Virus record (IMG/VR): IMGVR_UViG_3300037424_003032 | Coordinates: 1-34,519 of that record | Reading direction: 5' to 3' (one strand) | DNA length: 34,519 nt | Origin: a virus | Lineage: Duplodnaviria; Caudoviricetes | Part shown: piece after piece, positions 1-11,600 of the stretch | Position numbering within the stretch: the stretch's first letter is position 1 | Layout of the letters: each line of letters opens with the position of its first letter | Position numbers and translations under genes: made by a program | The notes under the pieces: generated by a model | The model's input: only the letters and a program-made list of their open reading frames with translations | What the model was told of the DNA's origin: nothing | The model's database searches: none

Positions 1-633
1 ATGGAACACACAAGAGAAATTCTAAATTCTTTGCTTGTACTTGTTCTGGGATTAATTATAGAGTATTTCATTTTTCAACCTCTAAAGCGATTTTTTGATG
101 AAGCCAAGAGTAAGGGATTTTCCATTAATACACTATTTAGCGAAGTAGTTAAGAAAATAAGAGCTTTGTTTATACAAAATCAAATCGAAGCTAAAAGAAA
201 GAGCAAAATAATACCGGAATTTATAATAAGATGGCTTGTTTCTACAATTTCGGTCTTCGTTTTTTTTGTTTTTTATTATTGGTGGTTATTTCCGTATCTC
301 ATGGCTAAATATTCATTCAATTACGATATTTCTTTACCGGAAAGTTTCCTATTTCCCCCTTGGATCAATTTCGCTGTACCTGTTGTGATAATCTTGCTTG
401 GCTATTTATTTGGATTTATTGTCAAACAAGTGAAAACGGCTAAAGCAAGGCAGAGTTCTTCATTTCTACAATTCTATTATTATCTTATAGGTGTGGCGGG
501 AATGGAATTGGTAGTAATTGGGGTAATTACAGGTTTGGTTAATAATTGGATAAGCGGCTTATTTTTAATTGTAGTTGGCTTTTTCATTTTCTTTCCAGCA
601 ATGATGACTTACAGACGGTTTAGCAAAATCTAG
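1..633 (+). CDS. Hypothetical integral membrane protein (about 5 TM segments), AT-rich cargo
   Basis: 210-aa ORF with several long hydrophobic stretches; visibly more AT-rich than the adjacent phage genes. Confidence 0.7.
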   Translation: MEHTREILNSLLVLVLGLIIEYFIFQPLKRFFDEAKSKGFSINTLFSEVVKKIRALFIQNQIEAKRKSKIIPEFIIRWLVSTISVFVFFVFYYWWLFPYLMAKYSFNYDISLPESFLFPPWINFAVPVVIILLGYLFGFIVKQVKTAKARQSSSFLQFYYYLIGVAGMELVVIGVITGLVNNWISGLFLIVVGFFIFFPAMMTYRRFSKI

Positions 634-647
634 TATATCCTTTTGGA

Positions 648-1391
648 TTGGTCACTTTACATGTGGAAAAAATGAAAAAACTATACGCTAAATTAGCCCC
701 CTTTTATGATTCTCTCTTCTTTGCATTAGACAAGGATTATATGGCCGAATCTCAAAAAATAGACAAGCTAATTCAGCTCTATAAGAAATCAGCGGGCAAT
801 TATTTATTGGATCTGGGCTGCGGTACTGGAGAGCATTTAAAATACCTGAAGAAAAATTACATAGCAATAGGCATTGATATTTCTAGAGATATGCTGGACT
901 TAGCCAAACAAAAAAGTTATGAGGTACCTTTTGTTCAGATGGAAATGCTAAATTTTCGATTTAATCGAAAATTTGATGCAGTAATTTGTCTTTTCAGCGC
1001 GATCGGTTATATAGTTACAAAAGAAAATCTGGATATCGTAGTAAAAAATGTGAGTTGCCATCTCAAGCAAGGTGGAGTTTTTATAGTTGAACCCTGGTAT
1101 TCCCCTGACGAAATAGGAGGATACTTGGATTTAGTTGAATTTGGCGAGAAACAAGGTATAAGAGCATGTAGGATGCGAGAAACAAAAGTCTCCGACAGAA
1201 TTGCTAAAAGCAAAAGTCATATCTTAGTCTCACAAAATGGTCACGTGTTGCACCACATGAGCCGTCACACCTTTGGCTTGTTTTCAAAAAATGATTTCGC
1301 TCAAATCTTTCCAAAAAATGAACTTCAGATGTGTACAGAAAAACTTGATTTGTCAGGAAGAGGACTTTATCTTGGAATAAAGGAAAATTAA
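648..1391 (+). CDS. Class I SAM-dependent methyltransferase, TylM1/DesVI-like; start may be ATG at 672
   Basis: Motif I LLDLGCGTGEH, GIDIS, FDAVICLFSAIGY and GGVFIVEPWY, typical of dTDP-aminosugar N-methyltransferase-like proteins. Confidence 0.85.
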   Translation: MVTLHVEKMKKLYAKLAPFYDSLFFALDKDYMAESQKIDKLIQLYKKSAGNYLLDLGCGTGEHLKYLKKNYIAIGIDISRDMLDLAKQKSYEVPFVQMEMLNFRFNRKFDAVICLFSAIGYIVTKENLDIVVKNVSCHLKQGGVFIVEPWYSPDEIGGYLDLVEFGEKQGIRACRMRETKVSDRIAKSKSHILVSQNGHVLHHMSRHTFGLFSKNDFAQIFPKNELQMCTEKLDLSGRGLYLGIKEN

Positions 1392-1501
1392 TCATGGTCA
1401 AAACCGCCTAACACAGTGTCCCAAGAAGTCAGAATCGGCCCCAAAATGCCCGTTTTAAGCCGATTTATTAATTAGTTTCAAGCCTAAACCTCGTACCAAT
1501 C

Positions 1502-1513
1502 TCCGACGTCGGA
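1502..1513. repeat. 12-bp palindrome TCCGACGTCGGA, copy at left edge of phage module
   Basis: Exact match, immediately beyond the late-operon terminator. Confidence 0.95.
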
Positions 1514-1546
1514 AACAAAAACAGGGCCCATTCAGGCCCTGTTTTG
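1513..1546 (-). terminator. Intrinsic terminator ending the minus-strand late operon (possibly bidirectional)
   Basis: AAAACAGGGCC-cattca-GGCCCTGTTTT stem directly after the stop at 1548, with T-runs on both strands. Confidence 0.8.
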
Positions 1547-1547
1547 C

Positions 1548-1892
1548 TTACGGCGTCAGCACCTTATCTAATATAGTGTTCAGCACAAACAACAGCACGG
1601 CGGAGGCGAACACCCACGCGGCGTTCTTGATGCTGTTGATATTTTTTTCTACTGTAACAAGTTTGTCCATCGCAAGTTCAAACTTGGTCACCAGGCCAGT
1701 TTTTGGATCCCCATTGCCTGTTAGGATTTTGTGGTCTCTCTCTTGCAGTTCTTTCATCCCAACAATTTCAGCGGCGCGAATTTGACAAACTGCGGCCACT
1801 CCTGGGGTTGTCTGTTTCGACATAGCTTCACCAAGGGCATTCTCCACTAGCCCCGGTAGCACATCTTTGATGGCTTCGATGACGTCGGACAT
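1548..1892 (-). CDS. Small phage coiled-coil protein with C-terminal TM anchor (holin/XhlA-like)
   Basis: GNG..GL motif, coiled coil, single C-terminal TM; AGGAG RBS; last gene of the tail operon. Confidence 0.6.
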   Translation of the reverse strand: MSDVIEAIKDVLPGLVENALGEAMSKQTTPGVAAVCQIRAAEIVGMKELQERDHKILTGNGDPKTGLVTKFELAMDKLVTVEKNINSIKNAAWVFASAVLLFVLNTILDKVLTP

Positions 1893-1970
1893 AACGATCT
1901 CCTGATTTATAAGATAGCGCTAAGGCGTTCGTGCTAATTCGAGGGCGGGCCCTTTACCTCACGGCCTCCC

Positions 1971-2390
1971 TTACACTAAAAGTAGAGCCGAGCCTGCGAT
2001 AATTGGCGCACTAACCGCAGCTCCCGCGTAATTGACTAATTTCCAGCCAAACAACGAGTTGGCCGGGATCGTGACCTGGTGTATATTGTCTGAGAAGTTA
2101 CCCCCCGCAGCCCCTAACGGGATGGTAATCAAGATGCTGGTTGCCACGTTATCAACCATCAAGATCATCTCTAGCCTCCCGCCAGCCGGTTGCGGTCCAT
2201 TTGTGCGAATAGTTGGGCTCTTGAAAACCACCGGCACGGCAGGCGAGAGAATGTTCGAGGCGCTCGAAAATAGTCCGGTGTACATCCCTGGAGCCATGTA
2301 GTAGGTAGCCCCAGCGGGGACCGTCTGGTTGTATCCATGACAGAACAGTACGTTGACGGCAACGATTTGATCGGGCTGTATGATTGTCAT
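1971..2390 (-). CDS. Small beta-rich virion/tail-fibre-associated protein
   Basis: GAGGA RBS; follows the fibre gene; beta-sandwich-like composition. Confidence 0.6.
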   Translation of the reverse strand: MTIIQPDQIVAVNVLFCHGYNQTVPAGATYYMAPGMYTGLFSSASNILSPAVPVVFKSPTIRTNGPQPAGGRLEMILMVDNVATSILITIPLGAAGGNFSDNIHQVTIPANSLFGWKLVNYAGAAVSAPIIAGSALLLV

Positions 2391-2404
2391 TTAGTCCTCG
2401 CTTT

Positions 2405-4144
2405 CTAGAATTCGTACTCGCAAGACAGGTTGACTGAATTGCCGCTGACCAACGTGGCAGGCATACCCTGGTACATAATCGTGCCTTGATAAATCCCGCG
2501 CATGTCAGCCGAGCGCAGAAAAGCAGCTACTGCGTACCGCGTGCTTCCCGCCTTGACCTGCCCCGCGGCGGCCTCAATTGCCGAACCTTCCGCGCCATCG
2601 TAATTGGCCGGTGTAACGGGCAGCGAAAAGTTCCAAAAACCATTGCCGAACGTGGTCGATGGCCCGGCTATTATTCTTGCCAGTACTATGATCGTACTTA
2701 CTTTGGGTATCCATTTGCCTACCAATGTGCCGTCTACAATGGCGGGCTGGGGATTGCTCTGGGAAGTCCACGCTATGCCAAAGTTGAACGATGACGGGTA
2801 GCCCTCGGGGTTGGCAATGTAGGACACGCGCGGATTAGTGATAGCTCCGGCCACGAGCAAGAAATCGGTGTTGGGCATAAGTGTCACAGTAGTGACCCCA
2901 GCGCTGTGCGAAGATGACCTTATAAAGCCATACTTGTCCGACCCACCATTTACACACAGGAATTTTGTACCCTTCCTGTACTTGGTCGTCAGGTCCCCTG
3001 GGGCCGTGAAGGAATGATTGCCAGTTCGCGTCAACACATCTTGGGCAGGCAGCCAACCAGAATACAGGTCTTGTGCCTGAGCGAAGTTGTCGGCGTGGTA
3101 CCCATCAAGCGTATCGGCGTCGCCACTCCCGGAACCAGGAATTCTGTACGAAGCGGTGATTTCGTCCCCTGCAAGCGGAGCCACCAGAAAGTCAAACAGG
3201 CCGGTTGTGGGATTGGTTTCAACCCAGTCTTCCGCTGTACCCTGCGTTTGTAGTTGTCCGTTCCGGTAGACTAAGAGTGAGCCCGTGGCATACTTGCTCT
3301 CAGAGACCTCGAAGGTGGCGTTTGTGCCATCAACCACTCCAACCAGAGAGCCGTAAGTGTCAGACACTCCGCCGGACTGATCGTAATGGATCACCGTGCT
3401 GCTGCCACCGCTTCCTGTGCCAATCTCTTCCTCGACGCCGTCTGAATCTTGCTTATAGACTTTGTGGTCATCTTTGGCGTATACCAGCAAAGTACCTACA
3501 TCTGGAGGATCGGGAGTTGCGGCGAGTTCAGGGAACGCACCTTGATCCAGCACTACATCTCCGGTTTGCCCGTTGACACTGAAAACCTTGTTATCAACTA
3601 AGGTTTCGTTGCCCCAAAAGTCTTTCCGGTACAACTTCCCGTCCGGGGGCTTTGTGTAGAAGACGATGAGGCTGGCGTCTGCGCTGTGGTCCGGTATCGC
3701 CATCAGCATTTGCAAGCTGAAACCGCCGGCAGCAAGTAGTGTTCCCGCCGGACCTTCTGGGCCATCTTCACCCTGCGGACCTTCAGGTCCAATTACGCCC
3801 TGCGATCCGGTTGGCCCAGCGGGTCCTTCTGGACCTTCCGGGCCTGTTGGACCAACTTCCCCCTGCGGGCCTTGCGGCCCGCGCGAGAATGCTACAAGAC
3901 TGCTTGGCTCACCCATTCCACCAACGATATGCGCGGTTGGAGTGCCGTTACTCCAGACTAATGTGACTTCCTGGCCGGCGACAGTGGCTAGGCCAACCGC
4001 CTTGACGTTACGCAGAATGGTGGAGCTGCCGCGTACCAACACGTTCACACGGTCTCCATCAACAGACTGTACAACGCCTCTGGTGGGCCTGTTGGTATCT
4101 TGGCTTTTGTTGTGTTGCTGAATGGCGGTAAATAAGTCGCTCAT
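2405..4144 (-). CDS. Tail fibre/spike protein with N-terminal OB-fold-like segment and collagen-like repeat
   Basis: [16 protein letters not shown]-terminus, 15 GXY triplets, [13 protein letters not shown] and [10 protein letters not shown] fibre motifs; ATGA overlap with upstream gene. Confidence 0.85.
   Translation of the reverse strand: MSDLFTAIQQHNKSQDTNRPTRGVVQSVDGDRVNVLVRGSSTILRNVKAVGLATVAGQEVTLVWSNGTPTAHIVGGMGEPSSLVAFSRGPQGPQGEVGPTGPEGPEGPAGPTGSQGVIGPEGPQGEDGPEGPAGTLLAAGGFSLQMLMAIPDHSADASLIVFYTKPPDGKLYRKDFWGNETLVDNKVFSVNGQTGDVVLDQGAFPELAATPDPPDVGTLLVYAKDDHKVYKQDSDGVEEEIGTGSGGSSTVIHYDQSGGVSDTYGSLVGVVDGTNATFEVSESKYATGSLLVYRNGQLQTQGTAEDWVETNPTTGLFDFLVAPLAGDEITASYRIPGSGSGDADTLDGYHADNFAQAQDLYSGWLPAQDVLTRTGNHSFTAPGDLTTKYRKGTKFLCVNGGSDKYGFIRSSSHSAGVTTVTLMPNTDFLLVAGAITNPRVSYIANPEGYPSSFNFGIAWTSQSNPQPAIVDGTLVGKWIPKVSTIIVLARIIAGPSTTFGNGFWNFSLPVTPANYDGAEGSAIEAAAGQVKAGSTRYAVAAFLRSADMRGIYQGTIMYQGMPATLVSGNSVNLSCEYEF
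3743..3880 (-). repeat. Collagen-like (Gly-X-Y)15 coding repeat
   Basis: [46 protein letters not shown], residues 89-134. Confidence 0.95.
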
Positions 4145-7100
4145 GGGACATAAACCTCTAAGCCTGCGTTGACATCAAAGTTTTCGCCATTGAAGCCGAA
4201 TACTACGCTTGAAGCCATGACGCCGATCTCTGTCTCTTCACCGGCGATTGTGATCACACCCGTATCTCCGGGTTGCAGAGCGGGGTGGAAGACAGTCTCC
4301 AAAGACCTTACGTCAGACCGCTGGCGAATCAACTCGATCACTTTTTCGCCATCAGCAACAAGGTCTTGAACAGTTTCGGCGTACATGGAATTGACAGTTT
4401 CAAATAGATTGCCGGCATCCTTCAGGAGAGCGAAATCGGCAATCTCGGCGATCTTGATCCCTTCCACGCGCACGCGAGACACCAGCTCGTCAACCTCTTC
4501 TTTTTGCTCGGAAATAACTATGTCTGGCAAGTTTCCGACGTCGGACATTGTCTTGTAGAAGAACAGACTGCCATCGGGTTCGGACCTGAAGTACACACGG
4601 CGGTTGCCGGTCAATTCGCCCAGAATGGACATGCCCTTTCCGCGCGTGCCAATCACAATGTCCGCCATCAGATCGTTCATCTCCGAGTACAAGAACCGCA
4701 TCGGCGGCAAGGTGGCGCCAAGGGGGTTGTGAGTAACAAATCCCTTATACTGGTAAGCTTCCACGGAGAACGTATCGCGGTAGAACACATGTAGCAGCTT
4801 GTGGTTCAGCCACACTGCAAAGCGGTTATCTTGAACAGAAACCCTCAAGACACCGAAGAGACGGTTGGTGAATCCTGGGTAGATCTTTTCTACCAGCACA
4901 AGGGTGTTGCCACTCATCTGGTACAGGGCCAGCGCGTTGTCTTCAACACACAGCAGGTACCCCTCGTCGAATTCACTCGACAACGGGATGGTTCCATAGA
5001 AACCAACCCCAATCCTGACTTGCTGACCAACCGGAACGGCCTTTGGGATGTGAATTTCGGCGATAAAGTCCTTTTTGCCATCGTCGATGTCCAACACTTT
5101 CCACGTGCTTCCAAGAACTGAATGAGATACCGTCAGGACATTGGTGTCAACCAGATACCTTTCCGTAATGCTGCCACCGGCCAAGACAAGCACGCGACGC
5201 AAGGCGTCCGCGAGGGTGATGTCTTCCTCGTGGCTGTAGAATTCGATTTCGTCGACATACAAATCAATGTCGTAATACTTGGACACCTTTGTCGGCTCTG
5301 TGTGGGTCGCTGCGGTAGTACCCATCTGTCCGCGATTTTCCAGGTAGATGCCATCTTTCAATACAAACTGCGTATCTTTATCCATGGTGTCTCTTGGGTC
5401 TGAAAAAATACGATACGCTGGGTCTTGGTATTGCGCGCCAACGGCCCATTCGTCTGACGGAGTTGCTGTCCATGAGCCATAATTTGTATCTCCAACATGG
5501 AGTTTCCAGTCATTTTTCCAGTTTGAAGGAAGCCAGTGAGTAGGCAGTGCTTGATTTGAAAATGCGTTGCTGTTTGGAAATGCGTGGCCCTTACCACCGC
5601 CAGAAACGATACAAGAAGCCTTGCAGTACGAATTCGCAGGTCTCGTACCCTTCAAAGTTACAGTTCTCGTGCTATCCCCTCCGGGCTGTCCTCCGCTGGC
5701 GCTGTAAAACCGGTTTTCGATATACGGGAATGGACCATAGGTTATTCCGTCTGGGTGAGCGCTGGGTTTGTCCAAGACAACCAATTCGGTCAAGATTTCG
5801 TCGTCAATCATGACAGTTTCGTCGCCGGCTGTAAAAATTCTGGCATCGTCAACACCCACAAAGGCCCATCCGCCCGCCTCGCCAAAACCTTCACACGGCG
5901 TATAGGGAGTGGCGCGATCCATAACAACGCAACCGTGACCACCGTCCTCGCCAGACCACGGCGACGTATCGCTGTAAGTAAAATTCATTGCAGTGGTCCA
6001 CGCGCTGGAAGTGTCGGCGCGCCACGATACCCGAATTGCGCCCTCCACGAAGCGAATCTGAAGCCATACAAGTGAATCCAGTGTAAGGCTGACAGAAGCC
6101 TGAGAAATCTGGGTCAGCACGCTGTTTTCCCATCGATACAACTTGATTCCCGAGCTACCGTTCACCTCTTTGCGACCATAGATAGCCACAATTCCGTTGT
6201 GTCCGCACATGTCGTCGTCAACGTCGGTGTATTCAAGCCCCAGACGAGCAGCAGCTTCCACTCTGCTTTCACGGCGATAGTTCAAGCCAACGCCAAAGCG
6301 AGGATTGCGATCTGCGTGAATATTGGCCTCGTTGTGGAAGCGAGCACGCATGACGCCGCCGCGCGAAGCGCGAGAAGCGGTGTAAAGCACGGCAAGCTCG
6401 TTCAGTCGAGTAGGCTTCAGGTACGATTCGGTACTACCAGCGCTGCCATTACCAAAGATTTCAATGGCATCTACATCGATATAACCAGATACGGGAGTGC
6501 CGTGAGTAACCTTGAATGTATGCGGGCCAGGTGTAAATTGCGGGCTAACATATTGACCTTGAACCTTGGTGGCGTTATAAGCATTTACGGTGGCAATCTT
6601 GACGCCGTCCACCCAGATGTCATGAAGTCCTCGGTCGGTAAATTTAGTGTATGTAAATATGAAACTTGTTCCGGCAAAATTGAACGATGCGTTTTCGGTG
6701 GTGTTAGCTGCGTTGTTGTAGTGAATGGTAGTGTTATAAGCACCTGCGGGCGTATCTGTGCCCCAGGTACCACTGTACACCCACGCGGCGTGGGTGTCGT
6801 CATACTTTCCAGCCAATTGATACCCAGACACGCCAACTTCCTCGAACTTGCCGTCTGCGCGAATGATTTTGCTCAAGTCGCCTGCGTAGCAAACGGTATA
6901 CGCTTGTGACGGAACGTAAATACCCTGGTCTGGAGACCACTGCGACAGACGCTTGGCAGTCAAGTTGGCAATGTGCACCGCCAGACCTTCGCCATTTCCG
7001 CGTGTGCGCAAAACACGGCTGACTTCGCCGGTCAGCACCTTCACCCACTCATCGTTGTAGGCAACTTCGATCTCAATGTGAGCGCCGCTACACAGGGCGA

Positions 7101-8187
7101 TGTGCGAGAGACTAGAAGATAATGACAACACAGCGGTCGAGCTGCGATTCTCGGCTTCTTGCAACTGCACATGTTCAATATCGGAACTTGTCAGCTTGTA
7201 AATCTCGCTATCTATTCCGAATATGTAAGTGCCAACGGCTGTGGCCCGATAGCTTGCGCCGCAAACAACAAGCTCATCGCTTGTAGCCATCATCTTGCCG
7301 CCAACATTGGTTCCGGAAATAAACATATCCCGGCCCAGCGAGAAATCTTCCGGACCGAAGGTGTACACATCCATGGAGACGGGGTCGCCATCGCTGGTGC
7401 GGGTCAATCTGCCAGTGACGACTACCTTGCCATCGATCATCTCAGCGCCGTGAAGATTGAGGCCATACACCTCATCAATGGCGTCAATTGCGATGATCGG
7501 CCTGGGTTGTCCCCATTCCGCGTAATCGTCAGTGGGAACAACGCGCATTTCCATAATCCTGCCAGCGTCTCGATCAGTGAAGTACACATAATCCACGGGA
7601 TGGTTTGCGTCGTTCGAGTAATTTACGGCGTCCAGGCGAAGCTGCGTTACACCGTATAGGTACTCCGGGCGCGTCATCCAAAAGGTATCACTTGGGGCAT
7701 CGACACCGAGGCTAAAGCGAATGTGGTTGCCGAAAGTGTACATGGAGTAGCACCGCTCATTTCTGATCGGCGCAAGAATTTCGGGGTTTCCATCTCCGTC
7801 GCCTCGGCCTTCAACTTCCACCGACCAATTGCTTTGGGCTCGATAATGCAATACCGCGCTGGCTGTTTTTTGATACCAGACGTAGCCGCCGTCCACTCCG
7901 GGGCGCGAGCCTGCCATTAGTCCAATGCCTCTACTGACCCAGTTGGGCCAGGTGGAAAGATGCACATCAGGAACTTCCTGTGTGTATAGAGTATTGTTGT
8001 AGTTTGTGACGCGCAAAATGCCCGTTCCATAAGCGCACGAATCGATCTGTGTGCTGTCTGTGATCGGCAAGTTGTCAGCGATGGTATTGACCCCGAACGT
8101 CGGACGCGTCACACGAAATGTGGCGCGGGCGTTGATTGCCTTCGGGCTTGGAATGAGATCCAATAAATCTTGCGTGCAGTCTTTCAT
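4141..8187 (-). CDS. Large tail-tip/baseplate hub protein with inserted carbohydrate-binding-like domains
   Basis: Position after distal-tail gene; C-terminal HPALQPGD hub-type motif; start reassigned to ATG 8187 because of AAAGGAGGT RBS. Confidence 0.75.
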   Translation of the reverse strand: MKDCTQDLLDLIPSPKAINARATFRVTRPTFGVNTIADNLPITDSTQIDSCAYGTGILRVTNYNNTLYTQEVPDVHLSTWPNWVSRGIGLMAGSRPGVDGGYVWYQKTASAVLHYRAQSNWSVEVEGRGDGDGNPEILAPIRNERCYSMYTFGNHIRFSLGVDAPSDTFWMTRPEYLYGVTQLRLDAVNYSNDANHPVDYVYFTDRDAGRIMEMRVVPTDDYAEWGQPRPIIAIDAIDEVYGLNLHGAEMIDGKVVVTGRLTRTSDGDPVSMDVYTFGPEDFSLGRDMFISGTNVGGKMMATSDELVVCGASYRATAVGTYIFGIDSEIYKLTSSDIEHVQLQEAENRSSTAVLSLSSSLSHIALCSGAHIEIEVAYNDEWVKVLTGEVSRVLRTRGNGEGLAVHIANLTAKRLSQWSPDQGIYVPSQAYTVCYAGDLSKIIRADGKFEEVGVSGYQLAGKYDDTHAAWVYSGTWGTDTPAGAYNTTIHYNNAANTTENASFNFAGTSFIFTYTKFTDRGLHDIWVDGVKIATVNAYNATKVQGQYVSPQFTPGPHTFKVTHGTPVSGYIDVDAIEIFGNGSAGSTESYLKPTRLNELAVLYTASRASRGGVMRARFHNEANIHADRNPRFGVGLNYRRESRVEAAARLGLEYTDVDDDMCGHNGIVAIYGRKEVNGSSGIKLYRWENSVLTQISQASVSLTLDSLVWLQIRFVEGAIRVSWRADTSSAWTTAMNFTYSDTSPWSGEDGGHGCVVMDRATPYTPCEGFGEAGGWAFVGVDDARIFTAGDETVMIDDEILTELVVLDKPSAHPDGITYGPFPYIENRFYSASGGQPGGDSTRTVTLKGTRPANSYCKASCIVSGGGKGHAFPNSNAFSNQALPTHWLPSNWKNDWKLHVGDTNYGSWTATPSDEWAVGAQYQDPAYRIFSDPRDTMDKDTQFVLKDGIYLENRGQMGTTAATHTEPTKVSKYYDIDLYVDEIEFYSHEEDITLADALRRVLVLAGGSITERYLVDTNVLTVSHSVLGSTWKVLDIDDGKKDFIAEIHIPKAVPVGQQVRIGVGFYGTIPLSSEFDEGYLLCVEDNALALYQMSGNTLVLVEKIYPGFTNRLFGVLRVSVQDNRFAVWLNHKLLHVFYRDTFSVEAYQYKGFVTHNPLGATLPPMRFLYSEMNDLMADIVIGTRGKGMSILGELTGNRRVYFRSEPDGSLFFYKTMSDVGNLPDIVISEQKEEVDELVSRVRVEGIKIAEIADFALLKDAGNLFETVNSMYAETVQDLVADGEKVIELIRQRSDVRSLETVFHPALQPGDTGVITIAGEETEIGVMASSVVFGFNGENFDVNAGLEVYVP
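4534..4545. repeat. TCCGACGTCGGA palindrome (in tail-tip gene, encodes SDVG)
   Basis: Exact match. Confidence 0.95.
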
Positions 8188-8269
8188 CCCGCACCTCCTT
8201 TGGCGAAAAATGTGGGTGCGGGATTCACCCCGCACGCTTCTTTTTGTGTTTTCCATGAGCGTGCGGGGT

Positions 8270-8638
8270 TCATAGCTTCACCACCGTCACGTTGACGTGC
8301 ATCTTGTTTTCCGGGCTATCCCACTTAGGCACATTGCTACTCTCGTCGACAACACGATCCAGGATCACGCTATGGGTGACACCGTAGTGGTCGACAAAAG
8401 TTAGCGCTTCCAGCTTTTCACATGTTGCGCGCATGTCACTGATACTGCCATAGCCCTCTGCGGGCGTAACAGCAGCAACCAGTTTCCCCCGCCAGCGTTT
8501 GCTGCTGGCGGGGCCGAAGGTCACGTTGGTTCCACCGCTCAACAGGCGGCGAATCACCACCGGGCGGTCAGTGGAAGGTTGCCACTGACCGTGGAGGGCT
8601 GCGTATTTCTTTCCGTCGAGTGTTACATATTCGTTCAT
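8270..8638 (-). CDS. Putative distal tail (Dit-like) protein
   Basis: 122 aa directly after the tape measure gene; positional call. Confidence 0.6.
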   Translation of the reverse strand: MNEYVTLDGKKYAALHGQWQPSTDRPVVIRRLLSGGTNVTFGPASSKRWRGKLVAAVTPAEGYGSISDMRATCEKLEALTFVDHYGVTHSVILDRVVDESSNVPKWDSPENKMHVNVTVVKL

Positions 8639-8640
8639 GC

Positions 8641-11600
8641 CTACCTCGTTACGCTAAATGAATCTGACAAACTATTGATCGAGCTGCGTTCCAGCTTTTC
8701 GATCATCTGGACCCAGTCCTCCACCATGCGACTGAAGACGGGAGCGTAACCGATCAACTTGCGCATGGCCGCCTCGTCTTTCTCGCGGCTCTGGGTAAAC
8801 TGGCGCATATTCTCGCCGTACTCGTGCTGGCTCTTGGCCATGTCGATCTGCAAAGCGAGTGAGCGTTTCGAGAATTCCAGTTGTTCTTCCTGGTGACGGC
8901 GCTGTTCTTTCTGCAACTGCATCTGAAGCTCGTGCAGTTCCACCGTTTCATCCTGGCGAAGAACTGTATTCTCACGCTCCATCTGGTAGAGCGCCTCGTA
9001 CTGCGCGCGCTGCCGCTCGATGTTTTCCTCTTCGATCGCGATCATTTGCTCGGTGTATTCGAGAGACTTCCTGTAACGCTCGTCTTCACGCTCCCACAGT
9101 TCTTCCTGGTTTTCGCGCAGGTTGTCTGTGTTTTGCGAGTTCAAGTTGTAGCTTGTGGTTTCCCGGTCGCGGCGCTTGATAAGTTGCGCGCGCTCGTAAC
9201 CGCTGGAGCGACGAATACCTTCGTCATAATCTTCCATCGACCAGCCATGAGACAGGTTGCTCATCTGGCTTTGGAAGTTCCATCCCTCACGCGTAAAGTC
9301 GCGCTGCATGAGTGAGGTTTCGTAGCCGAATGCCTGCTGCCAGCGATTGTTCTGGATGCCGGCCCCGCGTTGTTCGTCTTGCGCGGCCCAGTTCTCAAGC
9401 TGGAACTGGTGTTGCAGGTCCATGCGTCTCAGCGAGTAATCGAACTGGCCCATCTGGGAACCGAATTGCTGCGAGGTGATCTGGTCCTGGATGCCCCACG
9501 TGGCGTACATGTTGCTTTGGTTGGAGGCCATCTGGGACTGCTGAAGGCCAAAGGATTGCATCTGCTGGCCCCAGCGCTGATCGTTGAAGAACTGCTCGTA
9601 CCCCTGCATGCCGCCATTGACCAGGGCGCTTTCTGCGCCCTGAGAGCTAAAGGAAAGGCCCATCGAACGTAGGGTTTGCCCTGCCGTGAGAGAAGACGGC
9701 AGGCCCATCCGCTGCTGTGCGCCAAGGAGCACGCCGGAGATGTCGGTGGTGCCCATGCGCTGCCCGTCGTCCTGGAAGTACTGTAGGTTCCCCTGACCGG
9801 ACAATTGTCCGACGTCGGAAATTGCGTACAGGTTGCCGGAGAACATTTCGGACAGAAAATTGGCGTCCACCCCTCTGCTCACGGCCCCGCTGAGAGAGGC
9901 GAACGTGTCAGACATTGTGCCAGCGCCCAACCCTGCAACGTTGTTCGCAATGTTTGCGAGCTTCATGTTGATGCGCGGGGACTGTCCCTGCATCGTCTGA
10001 GCGAAGCCGGTAGCCTCCAGGTCGGTCATGTCTCGACCGTAGTCCATGCCGAAGCCGGACGCTACCTGAGAGAACGCCTGAGCGCTCGCCATGTGGCCAA
10101 GGCCGAAATTGTCGGCGAGCTGCGCCGCCGCGCGAGTGCCACCATCAAGATAGGGAGCGAACTGGGAGTACGCCTGCGACATCTTGGTTTGCTTGCGCAG
10201 CAACTCAACGCGCTCTTCTTCCGAGCTGGCGTTTACCCAATTGAGAGCTAGGTCGCTCCAGTCTTCCGAGCCTTCGGGAACACCTCTGAGAGAGGCGTAC
10301 TGAGACAACAGGCCCAACTGGTCTTTGTTGGTATCAAGCGAGATGCCAACCATCTGTTCGGCAATGCGCTTTTGACCAATGTCGTCAAGGCCGCCCATGC
10401 CAACTTGCATGCCACTCAGGATTTTCGCGCTTTCCTCTGGCTTGATCTGATATTTCGAGGCGATTTCGCGATTGAATTTAGATAACGGAATTGCTTGCTG
10501 TTCGGCAGGAGAGACGGCCAGAGACGACAAGGCGCCAGGAAATACTCCTTCCATGACTTGACCGAGCCAGCCGGACTGCATGATCTCAAGTTCGCTCTTA
10601 CCGGTGCTCTCGACTGCTTCCGTCAGGACGTCACCTTGCGCGCCCCATGGAGCGAAGGCGCCAGCGAGTTGCGCGAACCTGGATTGATTGGTTGCGTCCT
10701 CGCCGAAGAAGTCAAAGCCGGCAGATAGGACAGCAGCGCGTCCAACATTGCGCAGAGACCAACCGCTATCCCAGTCTTTGCCTGTTATTGCGTTGGCCGT
10801 CATACCGCCAATAAAAGGCGCTGCCGTAAGTGCGGCTACTCCAACGCCAATAGGGCCAGCAGCGGCAGCGGTGGCTCCACCAAGCGCCGTTGCGCCAATG
10901 CCAGCAGCCAGACCTGCGCCACCGCTGACCGCCAGGGTGTTACCAATTCCAGCGTATGCGCCACCGGCGAATTCTGCACCCAGCTCACCAAGAATGCCGT
11001 ACTGGCTGTAAGCCGCTTCGCCGGCGCGATCCTGGGCAATTGCCATACGAGCTGCGTAGCCAGGTGCGCCACCAGACACGCCGCCGTTTCCAAAAGCGGC
11101 CATCGGCGACATGTACGCTTGAGACGTACCGTATTGATCGGCGGTTTCAAGAACTTTGCCGCCCGTGTTCTGCCAGGCCATAGACATCATGAATTGCGCC
11201 ATCATGAAGCGGCCAACCGGCGACTGGTACGGAGAATGCTCGAACGGACCTTCTTCGCCTTCGCCGTCATCGCCGCCGCTGGTGCCGTAGCGCCCGCGTC
11301 CGCGTCCACCCCAGACGGCGCCGTCGCCGTAGCGATAAGAACGACCCTCGCCGGCAAACACGCCAGCGGGTCCGGCAGCAGCCTGGTCGACGCTACCAGA
11401 TGAGTTTATTAGATGCTCGCGAAGTTCACTGTCTTTAGCAGCCGCCTGGCTCAGTTCTTGCTTGTTCAGCCGGGCAGCATTGCTGTATCCAAAGTCGCCT
11501 GGACGTCCGGCGTATTCACCAACTGCGCGGAATCCGTCCATGTGTTGCTCTACGGCATCTTTAGCAACTTCCTGCGCTCTCCTGGCAACTTCCTTGGCCG

